Source: Methanobacteriota archaeon (GTDB lineage: Archaea; JAADCQ01; Methanopyri; Methanopyrales; Methanopyraceae). From it: a DNA stretch of 32,000 nt. The stretch spans positions 16,569-48,568 of the forward strand of contig JAMOPY010000023.1 of assembly GCA_027064305.1 (NCBI GenBank), written 5' to 3'. The stretch's first letter is position 1, and every line of letters begins with the position of its first letter. A program made the translations under genes and the position numbers. This document shows positions 15,223 through 22,804 of this stretch, piece after piece. The notes beneath the pieces are model-generated. The model had not been told where the DNA came from. It searched no databases and was given only the letters and a program-made list of their open reading frames with translations.

Positions 15223-16362
15223 CTACAGGAACTTGCCGGCCTCCCTGATCCTCAACTCAAACTCCTTCTCCGCCAGCCGCACGTTCGCGCCCGCCGCCCG
15301 GAAGGCCGACCGCAGCCTCTCGAACGCCTCCTTAAACGATTCACCCCGGACGGTGATCCTCCCGGCCACGTCCATCCGGCCCCGGTACTCGTAGAACACG
15401 TGGTACGCTCCCCCGTCGAACCGCTCCCTAAGGGGCTCCCGACGGGACGCGTTCCACACCGGACACTCGATCGCGTGCCAGACCTTCCTGACCCGGGGCG
15501 GCCGCCAGCGCCCCACCACCATGTCCACGAGCTCCCGCAGCGGCCAGACTCCGGAACAGCCCGAGGTCATGTACCGCGTGCCGCTGGGCCGCGGGTTGAA
15601 CTCCAGGAACCAGAACTCATCCTCCCGCACCACCACGTCGAAGTCGACCGTCCCCTCCAGCCCCAACCGCTTCACGAGCCGAACCGCGCAGCGCTTGATC
15701 CCCCGCTCCACCGACCCGTCCAGCGGGGCCGGCGCCAGCCGCATCCGCTCGATCGGGTGATCCTCGTCCAGCGTCGAACCCTTGAACACCGGCACGAGCG
15801 GCACGACCTCCCCGTCCCAGGACAGCACCTCGATCGACACCTCCGCCCCCTCGACGAACTCCTCCACCAGCCGCCTCCCGTGCACCCGGGGCACCGACCG
15901 CTCGTACACGTTCACGTTGATCCCGGCCTGCGACCTCGGATCCTTCACCACGAGCGGCGGGCGCAGCCGGGGCCGCTCATCCTCCACCACCTCCCACTCC
16001 GGCGTCGGGATGTTCAGCTCCTCGAACGCCCGCTTCGCCCGGATCTTGTCCACCCCGGTCCGCGTCCCCTCCAACCCCGAGGCGGCGACGGGGATCCCCT
16101 CCGACTCCAGCCGCTCCTTCATTTCCGCCACCTCAAGCAGCGGATCGTCCACGCCGATGAGCGGGACCACCCCGTCCACCTCCCGCTCGAGCGCGATCCG
16201 CGCCGGGTGCTCCATGCCCCGGGGCACGAAGTGCACCTCGTCCGCCAGCTCCCAGTCCCAACTCTCCGGGTTCGACTCGGTCAGGATCCGGTACACCCCG
16301 GTGGACCCGGCGTACTCCGCCACGTCCCGGAACAGCCGGGCCCCCACGAACAGGACCCTCAA
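15223..16362 (-). CDS. ATP-grasp ligase (Ddl / CarB-like)
   Basis: KIRAKRAFEELNIPTPEW, PLVVKD, LVEEFVEGAEVSIEVL and WFLEFNPRPSGT show the ATP-grasp fold pattern. A TTG start at 16362 is inferred from the GGAGGAGGG SD and a TTGA overlap with the upstream stop. The track ORF start at 16593 is Gly/Arg read-through. Confidence 0.8.
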   Translation of the reverse strand: MRVLFVGARLFRDVAEYAGSTGVYRILTESNPESWDWELADEVHFVPRGMEHPARIALEREVDGVVPLIGVDDPLLEVAEMKERLESEGIPVAASGLEGTRTGVDKIRAKRAFEELNIPTPEWEVVEDERPRLRPPLVVKDPRSQAGINVNVYERSVPRVHGRRLVEEFVEGAEVSIEVLSWDGEVVPLVPVFKGSTLDEDHPIERMRLAPAPLDGSVERGIKRCAVRLVKRLGLEGTVDFDVVVREDEFWFLEFNPRPSGTRYMTSGCSGVWPLRELVDMVVGRWRPPRVRKVWHAIECPVWNASRREPLRERFDGGAYHVFYEYRGRMDVAGRITVRGESFKEAFERLRSAFRAAGANVRLAEKEFELRIREAGKFL

Positions 16363-17897
16363 CCCTCCTCCCCCAGCTCCTCCTCGAGCTCCCTCAGCAC
16401 GTCCTCCTTGAACTTCAGCGCCGCCTCCCCGAACACCACGATCACCTCGCACCCCGACTCCAACGCCGCCCGCAGCCCGTCCAGCACCTGCTCCCGGGAG
16501 GCGCCCAGCGTCCCCCGCTTCTCGAACCGCTCCGCGGCGCTCTCCGCCGCCACCACGTTGTCCGCCCCCACCTCCTCGAGCACCCGGTAGCACGCGTGCG
16601 AGGCCGCGATCACCCGGTCCGCGATCCGGGCCGCCCGCTCCAGGATCTCACGATCCCCCTCCGGGCCCAGCTCCGAGGCCACCGCGATGACCGCGCACAG
16701 GCGCCGGTCCGGGTACGCCTGCCTCAGGCACCGCAGGGTCGCCTCCACGCCCGCCGGGTTGTGACCGTAGTCGACGATCACCACCCGCTCCCCATCGTCC
16801 CACACGACGTCGAGCCGACCCTCCACCCCCTCGAACGAGCCGAGGGCCCGCGCCACCTCCTCCGGGTCCAGGTCCAGGAACTCGATGCAGACGGCCGCGG
16901 CCGCCACGGCGTTGTACACGTTATGCAGCCCCATCACGGGCAGGCCAACCTCGAACTCACCCTCCGGGCAGGCCAGCGTGAACCCGTCCAGAGAGACGTC
17001 CACGGCCAGGTAGTCCGGGGACGGCGTCTCCAACCCGCACTCGCACCGGAAGTCGCCCACCCACGGAAGGATCTCCCTCACCTCCGCCCGCCCACCGCAC
17101 CAGCACTCCTTCTCCACGGTCCCCACGGGCTCCGCCTCCACCCCGAAGTAAACGACCTCCCCCTCGAACCCCACCTCCTCCGGCGCGCCCACCACCAGCG
17201 GATCCTGCGCGTTCAGCACGGCCACCTCCACCGAGTCCGGCTCGAGCAGCTCGATCTCGCACCGCGCGTACGTCCGGAAGTCCCCGGCCTTGTTCAGGTG
17301 ATCCGGCGTGATGTTCGTCAGGCACGCGCACTCCACCTCCGCCCACCTCGCCGCCTCCAGGATCTCCCCCCGCTCCCCGAACGTCGCGATCTCCAGCACG
17401 CTCACGTCACCCGGCAACCGCGCCTGCAGCGGGGGCAGGTACCCCACGTTCCCCTGCATCCCCGGCAGCCCGTGATCCCGCACCTCCAGCCCCAGCTCCC
17501 GGCACACGTGCCGTATCATCGCCACGGTCGTCGTCTTCCCGTTCGTACCCCCCACGCCCACCACCGGCCGGGTGGGGGGAATCCGCTCGAGCACGTCCTC
17601 CACCTCGTACACCCGGCACCCGTACCGACGGGCCAGCCGGTACGGAGGTGACCCCTCCTCCAGGCTGGGCGGCGGGACCACCGCGTCCGCCCGCCGAAAC
17701 AGCCACTCCGGGTGGCCCCCCAGCACGACCTCCACGTTCGGGTACTCCAGCAGCGGGTCCAGCAGCTCGCACTCCTCCTCGTCCTTCACGTCCGAGGCGA
17801 TCACGTGGTAGTCCCGCTCCGCGAGCACCCGGGCCACCAGGTTGCACACGGGCCCGCACACGCCGATCACCAGCACCGTGCGCCCCTGCACGCGCAT
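16359..17897 (-). CDS. Mur-ligase family peptide ligase (MurD/MurC-like N-terminal Rossmann domain; Cys4 insertion)
   Basis: RTVLVIGVCGPVCNLVARVL (MurD-like domain 1), VGVGGTNGKTTT, LTNITPDHL, VLNAQD, GLHNVYNAVAAAA and VDYGHNPAG are present. The ATG at 17897 follows GAGGGGG. The upstream 332 aa of the 844-aa track ORF is out-of-frame read-through of the PP-loop gene. Confidence 0.85.
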   Translation of the reverse strand: MRVQGRTVLVIGVCGPVCNLVARVLAERDYHVIASDVKDEEECELLDPLLEYPNVEVVLGGHPEWLFRRADAVVPPPSLEEGSPPYRLARRYGCRVYEVEDVLERIPPTRPVVGVGGTNGKTTTVAMIRHVCRELGLEVRDHGLPGMQGNVGYLPPLQARLPGDVSVLEIATFGERGEILEAARWAEVECACLTNITPDHLNKAGDFRTYARCEIELLEPDSVEVAVLNAQDPLVVGAPEEVGFEGEVVYFGVEAEPVGTVEKECWCGGRAEVREILPWVGDFRCECGLETPSPDYLAVDVSLDGFTLACPEGEFEVGLPVMGLHNVYNAVAAAAVCIEFLDLDPEEVARALGSFEGVEGRLDVVWDDGERVVIVDYGHNPAGVEATLRCLRQAYPDRRLCAVIAVASELGPEGDREILERAARIADRVIAASHACYRVLEEVGADNVVAAESAAERFEKRGTLGASREQVLDGLRAALESGCEVIVVFGEAALKFKEDVLRELEEELGEEG

Positions 17898-17902
17898 CCC
17901 CC

Positions 17903-18922
17903 TCAGACCCGCGTCCCCGGGATCCTCCGACCGTACTCCCGCAACAGTTCCCGCATCAACGCCCGCGTCCCCTCCAGGAGCCTCCGGGCCGTCCCCTCGT
18001 CCCGCTCCACGGCGAGCCGGGGCAGGTGCTCGTACCCTAAATCGTCGACCCGATCGTCGATCTCGGAGTACTCGTAAAGCACCGCGTGCAGCTGCGCGAA
18101 CCGCTCCGTCCGCACGATCCGGTTCAACGTCCCGCTCAGGTACGACCGCAGCGCCCGCTCCAGGAACATCAGCAGCCGGTACGTGAGGTCGCGCACGATC
18201 TCTTCCTCGTCCCTCGGACCCTCCGGCACCCCACCCTCGAACACCCGGTGCAGCTCCAATCCCAGCCGCTCCTCCACCTCTCCCGCGTCCCACTCCGGGG
18301 TCTCCGTCTCGATCAGGTACTCCAGGCACGCCCGCGGCGAGGCCACTCGCTCCACCATCAGCGAGCAGGCGCGGCCCGTGAGCGGGTTGTACCCGACCCG
18401 CTCGATGAACCGGTGCACCCCGTAGGGTCGGATGGGGCACGTGTACCCCTCGTCGAACCAGCCCAGGCCCGAGACGATCTCGCCCACGTCCTCCCACGTC
18501 CACCGGCGCAGCGCCGGGTACCGGACCATCGTCACCCCGGGCGGGTACGGGTGCGCCACCCGCCGCCCGTACTTCCCCTTCAGCTCGTGGCCCGTGAGGA
18601 CCGTGAGCAGCCCCAGTCGCTTGGCCCGCAGGCAGGCGGCGGTCAGCACCGTCCGGGCGCACTTGGTGCAGATGGGCAGGCCGCGGCGCAGGGCGCGGCG
18701 GAACCACCCCCGCAGGCGCACCCGAACGAGCTCGTGCCTCAGCCCCAGCCGCTCCGCGCACCGACGGGCGTTCTCCAGGCACGTCCCGTCCAGGAACTCG
18801 TGCACGACCGTGACCGCCGCCTCCACCCGCCAGCGCTCGGACGCGTGCAGGGCCGTGGCCACGCTGTCCCGACCGCCGGAGAGGGCCACGCACGCCGGGT
18901 TGCTGGGATCAGTCGTGCGCAT
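17903..18922 (-). CDS. PP-loop (SGGxDS) ATP pyrophosphatase superfamily protein with helical C-terminal domain
   Basis: ACVALSGGRDSVATALHA is a canonical PP-loop. CTKCARTVLTAACLRAKRLGLLTVLTGHE resembles the adenine-nucleotide alpha-hydrolase core. The C-terminal roughly 150 aa is acidic, helical and unassigned. The ATG lies 14 nt inside the end of gltX. Confidence 0.7.
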   Translation of the reverse strand: MRTTDPSNPACVALSGGRDSVATALHASERWRVEAAVTVVHEFLDGTCLENARRCAERLGLRHELVRVRLRGWFRRALRRGLPICTKCARTVLTAACLRAKRLGLLTVLTGHELKGKYGRRVAHPYPPGVTMVRYPALRRWTWEDVGEIVSGLGWFDEGYTCPIRPYGVHRFIERVGYNPLTGRACSLMVERVASPRACLEYLIETETPEWDAGEVEERLGLELHRVFEGGVPEGPRDEEEIVRDLTYRLLMFLERALRSYLSGTLNRIVRTERFAQLHAVLYEYSEIDDRVDDLGYEHLPRLAVERDEGTARRLLEGTRALMRELLREYGRRIPGTRV

Positions 18923-20627
18923 ACACGGCCCTCACACCGCTCGGTCGACACTCCTCGATCCGGGCGAAGTACAGCCGCTCGAACTGCACGGTGCGTCCCG
19001 GCTCCTCCCGCTCCACGTTCGCCTCCACGTAGCCCTCGTCCACCGACCCGTCCGGCCGTAGCACCCGGCACGGGATCGCCTGGTCCGTCGGCACCCAGTG
19101 CACGATCCGGGCCCCCTCACGCCGCGCGGCCCGGTAGTCCTCCCCCTCGTACCGGCCCCGCACGACGCCCTCACCCACCTCCTCGACCCTCACGTTCACC
19201 GCGTTCATCAGCCGGATCAGCTCACCCTCCTCCAGCGCCTCCCCGTCCTCCCGATCCAGCCAGACCCGGCAGCCGCCGTCCTCCGGGTGCAGCACGAGCG
19301 CCCGCTCGCCCCGGTCCTCGTCCGGGTGCAGCGGCAGCGTGGCCGCGAACGGCTCCTCCAGGCCCTCGATCCACAGCTCCACCGGGTCCCGGACGAGGAA
19401 GTACCGGTTGGACTTCGGATCGATCAGGCGCCGGTTGCGCGCGTACAGCTGCTCCCAGCTGAAGGTCGCGTCCACCTCCGTCAGCCCGATCTCCAGGATC
19501 GTCTCCCGGAGCGCCTCGGGCTCGATCCCCCGCCGCCGCAGCGCGCGCAGCGTCGCCGTCCGCACGTCGTCCCAGCCCGTGAGCTCGCCGGACTCGATCC
19601 CCTCCCGGATCCTGGACGTGCTCAGCACGGTCCCCTCCACCTTCAGGATCCCGTAGTGCACGTACTCCGGCGGCTCCCAGTCCAGGTGCCGGAACACGAA
19701 CTCCTGCCGGCGCGTGTTCGACTCGTGATCCTTCCCGCGCAGGACGTGCGTGACCTCCATGAAGTGATCGTCCACGGCCACGGCGAAGTTCATTGTCGGC
19801 CAGACGAGGTACCGGTCGCCCACCATCGGGTGCTCCCGCTCCACGATCCGGAACGCGACCCACTCCCGCGCGGCCGGGTCCGGGTGGTCCACCCGCGTCT
19901 TCACCCGAACGACCGCCTCCCCCTCCGAGAACGCCCCGTCCAGCATCTCCTCCCACAGCTCCAGGTTCTCCTCCGGATCCCGGGACCGGCACGGGCAGGC
20001 CTGGCCCCGATCCCGCAGCCGCCGAAACTCGTCCGCGTCGCACGTGCAGACGTACGCCCCGCCCCGCTCCAGCAGCTCCTCCGCCACCCGGTAGTACAGC
20101 TCCATCCGGTTCGACTGCACGTACCGCTCGTCCACCCGCACGCCCAGCCACTCCAGGTCCTCCTCGATCATGTCGTACGCCTCCGGGTCCACCCGCCGCG
20201 GGTCCGTGTCCTCGAAGCGCAGGATCAGCGCGCCGTCGTACCGGCGGGCGTACTCGTCGTTGAGCACCGCCGCCCGCGCGTGACCCAGGTGCAGCGGGCC
20301 CGACGGGTTGGGGGCGAACCGCAGCCGAACCTCGCCCTCCCGGGCGCCGGGCAGCGGCTTCAGGCCGCCCTCCTCCTCCGACCGCTCCTCCTCCACCCCG
20401 CCCAGCTCCTCCAGCTCCCGCCGGATCTCCTCCAGGGACATCCGGTTGACCTCCTCGACCACCTCCCGGACGAGCCGGAGCACCTCCTTGGCCCGATCCC
20501 GGTACTCCTCGTGCTCCCGCATCACCTTCTTCATGACCGCGTTCGGGTTCGCCCGGCCGTCGTACTTGGCCGCGTTCTCCAGCGCGTACCGGCGGATCAC
20601 CTCCCTCAACTCCTCCAGCTCGCTCAC
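18909..20627 (-). CDS. gltX: Glutamyl-tRNA synthetase (archaeal type)
   Basis: RFAPNPSGPLHLGHARAAVLN (HIGH), LRFEDTDP, HVLRGKDH and GTVLSTSRIR are present. GTG at 20627 was chosen because GGGGAGG lies 7 nt upstream. The 45-aa N-terminal extension in the track is Pro/Gly/Arg-rich. Confidence 0.9.
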   Translation of the reverse strand: MSELEELREVIRRYALENAAKYDGRANPNAVMKKVMREHEEYRDRAKEVLRLVREVVEEVNRMSLEEIRRELEELGGVEEERSEEEGGLKPLPGAREGEVRLRFAPNPSGPLHLGHARAAVLNDEYARRYDGALILRFEDTDPRRVDPEAYDMIEEDLEWLGVRVDERYVQSNRMELYYRVAEELLERGGAYVCTCDADEFRRLRDRGQACPCRSRDPEENLELWEEMLDGAFSEGEAVVRVKTRVDHPDPAAREWVAFRIVEREHPMVGDRYLVWPTMNFAVAVDDHFMEVTHVLRGKDHESNTRRQEFVFRHLDWEPPEYVHYGILKVEGTVLSTSRIREGIESGELTGWDDVRTATLRALRRRGIEPEALRETILEIGLTEVDATFSWEQLYARNRRLIDPKSNRYFLVRDPVELWIEGLEEPFAATLPLHPDEDRGERALVLHPEDGGCRVWLDREDGEALEEGELIRLMNAVNVRVEEVGEGVVRGRYEGEDYRAARREGARIVHWVPTDQAIPCRVLRPDGSVDEGYVEANVEREEPGRTVQFERLYFARIEECRPSGVRAVYAHD

Positions 20628-20843
20628 GGGCACCCTCCCCGTCGCCTCCCTCTCCGGACAAGCAGCGGTGATCGTGAGGGACGGGGGTGTCCCCCGCCCT
20701 CCGGTCCCGGGCTCATTGAACGGCGACGGCCGCCTCACCCGGGGGACCCAGACGGGGGTCATCCTTTTGGAGGATCTGACCCCCGTCCCGCCGCCCCGGG
20801 CGGGGTTTAAGTAGTTCCCCGGAGCCCGGCCCGCGGAGAAAGG

Positions 20844-20851
20844 TTTTTATA
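20844..20851 (+). promoter_or_regulatory. TATA box of the tRNA-Lys promoter
   Basis: AAAGGTTTTTATAC. The TTTTTATA element lies about 31-38 nt upstream of the mature tRNA 5' end, in otherwise very GC-rich DNA. Confidence 0.55.
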
Positions 20852-20881
20852 CGACGCGGCGCCCCCGCGTGAACGGACGCC

Positions 20882-20959
20882 GGGCCGGCAGCTCAGTCTG
20901 GCTAGAGCGCGGGACTTTTAATCCCGTGGTCCCGGGTTCAAATCCCGGCCGGCCCACCA
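20882..20959 (+). tRNA. tRNA-Lys: tRNA-Lys (anticodon UUU), genomically encoded CCA, C at position 8
   Basis: Hand-folded cloverleaf. Acceptor stem GGGCCGG/CCGGCCC, D stem GCTC/GAGC, anticodon stem CGGGA/TCCCG with loop CTTTTAA, variable loop TGGTC, T stem CCGGG/CCCGG with loop TTCAAAT, discriminator A, then CCA. Confidence 0.9.
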
Positions 20960-20967
20960 CCGGAAAT

Positions 20968-21006
20968 CGTTACGAAGTTCGTAACGTTCCGCCCCGAGAC
21001 GGGGCG
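20968..21006. terminator. Two adjacent hairpins between the convergent tRNA-Lys and argS 3' ends
   Basis: CGTTACGAAGTTCGTAACG (20968-20986) is a near-perfect palindrome. CGCCCCG-AGA-CGGGGCG (20990-21006) is a 7-bp GC stem. Their role in termination is inferred only. Confidence 0.35.
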
Positions 21007-21010
21007 AGGC

Positions 21011-22789
21011 CTACATCCGCTCGAGCGCCGGGACGCCCAGGAGGTTCATGACGTTCTCCATCACGATGGTGAACGCCTCCACCAGTTTCAGTCGCGCCTT
21101 CCGCACCTCCTCGTCCTCCGCGTGCAGTACCGGCACCTCCTCGTAGAACGTGTGGAACGCCCGGGCGAGCTCGTAGGCGTACTCCGCCAGGATGTCCGGA
21201 CGCCGCTTCCGCACGCACTGGGCCACCTGCCGCGGGAACATGGACATCCGGAAGACCAGCTCGAACGAGTGATCGTCGTCCAGGTGAGCCGCGTCGAACC
21301 GCTGCACGTCCTCGTCCGCCCGCCGGAGGATCGACCGGGCGCGCGCGTAGGCGTACTGGATGAACGGACCGCCCCGCCGGAAGTCCAGCGCCTCGTCCCA
21401 GTCGAACTCGATCGGCTTGTTCGGGCTCACGCGGGCGATGGCGAACCGGACCGCCCCGATGGCCACGTTCTCCGCGATCTCCTCCCGCTCCTCCTCGTCC
21501 AGATCCTCCGCCACGCCCGCCTCCCGCATCTTCTCCAGCGCGCGCCGCTTGGCCTCGTCCAGGAACTCATCCAGGGTCACGTACCGACCCTTCCGCGTCG
21601 ACATCGAGCCCTCCGGCAGGTGAATGAACTCGTAGAAGATCACGTCCACGCGGTCCGGATCCGCGTCCAGCAGGTCGAGCGCCGCCTTCAGCTGCTGCAC
21701 GGCGAGCTTGTGATCCGCCCCGAGCACGTCGATAACGAACGCGGCCCGCCCGAGCTTCCACAGGTGGTACGCGATGTCCCGCGTCGTGTACAGGGTCGTC
21801 CCGTCGCTCCGCGTGAGCACGAGCTCCTTGTCGATCCCGTAGTCCTCCAGATCGAGGACCACGGCCCCGTCGTCGCGCTCCTCCGCCGCGCCCATCTCCA
21901 CGAGCTTCTCGACGATCTCGACCGCATCCTCCACGAACTCGCTCTCGTACACGAACCGGTCGTGGGCCACGCGGAGCCGCTCCAGGGTCTCGATGTGCCC
22001 CCTCAGGCACTCCTCCACCACGGTCTGAAACGCCTCCGCGATGCGCTCCGCCCGGGACTCCTCCTCCAGCAGATACCGCTCGTAGGAGCGCAGGAACCGC
22101 TCCACCACCTCCTCCAGCTCGGGATCCTCCTCGATCTCCCTCGCCGCCTCCGCGTACAGCTCGCCGAAGAACTCGTCCGGCTTCCTACCCTCCGGGACCT
22201 CCGGCCGCCCCTCCTTGATGTACTTCCACGCGAGCATCGCGATCTGCTTGCCCATGTCGTTCACGTAGTACTGGACCTCCACGTCGTAGTTCGTGAACAC
22301 CATGCACCGGGCCAGGATGTCCCCGATGATCGCGTTCCGGCCGTGGCCAATGTGCAGCGGGCCGTTCGGGTTCGCGCTCGTGTGCTCCAGGATCGCGGGC
22401 CGACCCATCCCCAGGTCCAGCGACCCGTACTCCTCCCCGTAGTAGAAGACGGACCGGAGGACGAGGGCGGCGTACTGAGGCCGGTTCAGCCGGATGTTGA
22501 TGTACCCGGGCCCCTCCACCCGGGCCTCGTCCACGAGCACGACCTCGTCCAGGTCGGACTCCTCCAGGATCGTCTCCGCGACCCGCCGGGGCTCCTCGCC
22601 CACCTCCTTCGCCAGCGAGAGGGCGACGGGCGTGGCCACGTCCGCGTCCTCCACCGGCGGCTCCGGATCCACCGGTACCTCCACGGGCTCGTCCACGTCG
22701 TACGCCGAGGAGACGGCGTCCCGGATCGAGGTCCGGATCGTCCGGACGAGGAGCGAGTACGGATCGTGCGGTGGCGCCTCCTCCGCCAA
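21011..22789 (-). CDS. argS: Arginyl-tRNA synthetase
   Basis: HTSANPNGPLHIGHGRNAIIGD (HIGH), GADHKLAVQQLKAAL, EGSMSTRKGRYV and the DALR-type anticodon-binding C-terminus are present. The TTG start lies 15 nt after the aRF1 stop. Confidence 0.9.
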   Translation of the reverse strand: MAEEAPPHDPYSLLVRTIRTSIRDAVSSAYDVDEPVEVPVDPEPPVEDADVATPVALSLAKEVGEEPRRVAETILEESDLDEVVLVDEARVEGPGYINIRLNRPQYAALVLRSVFYYGEEYGSLDLGMGRPAILEHTSANPNGPLHIGHGRNAIIGDILARCMVFTNYDVEVQYYVNDMGKQIAMLAWKYIKEGRPEVPEGRKPDEFFGELYAEAAREIEEDPELEEVVERFLRSYERYLLEEESRAERIAEAFQTVVEECLRGHIETLERLRVAHDRFVYESEFVEDAVEIVEKLVEMGAAEERDDGAVVLDLEDYGIDKELVLTRSDGTTLYTTRDIAYHLWKLGRAAFVIDVLGADHKLAVQQLKAALDLLDADPDRVDVIFYEFIHLPEGSMSTRKGRYVTLDEFLDEAKRRALEKMREAGVAEDLDEEEREEIAENVAIGAVRFAIARVSPNKPIEFDWDEALDFRRGGPFIQYAYARARSILRRADEDVQRFDAAHLDDDHSFELVFRMSMFPRQVAQCVRKRRPDILAEYAYELARAFHTFYEEVPVLHAEDEEVRKARLKLVEAFTIVMENVMNLLGVPALERM

Positions 22790-22804
22790 CGGGCACCGAC
22801 CCCG

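Noticed and set aside
16359-18893. The 844-aa track ORF read as one giant Mur ligase
   Set aside because: The first 332 aa are Gly/Arg/Ala/Pro-rich. They overlap, out of frame, the PP-loop gene, which has real motifs. A proper ATG with a GAGGGGG SD at 17897 starts the MurD-like domain.
20628-20762. 45-aa N-terminal extension of GluRS, and a GGGACGGGGG-TGT-CCCCCGCCC hairpin (20678-20699) as a possible leader regulatory element
   Set aside because: The extension is Pro/Gly/Arg-rich and unlike GluRS N-termini, and a GTG with a good SD exists at 20627. The hairpin is real in the sequence. However, GC-rich inverted repeats are expected by chance here, and I have no evidence of function.
18909-22789. 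Functional link between the wall operon and the adjacent GluRS, tRNA-Lys and ArgRS genes (tRNA-dependent stem-peptide synthesis, Fem-like)
   Set aside because: The idea is attractive because Glu and Lys (plus Orn in Methanopyrus) are stem residues. However, no Fem/GNAT-type aminoacyl-transferase is present. Only gltX is physically coupled, and aaRS genes sit next to unrelated operons throughout compact genomes. I kept it only as a remark under the PP-loop finding.
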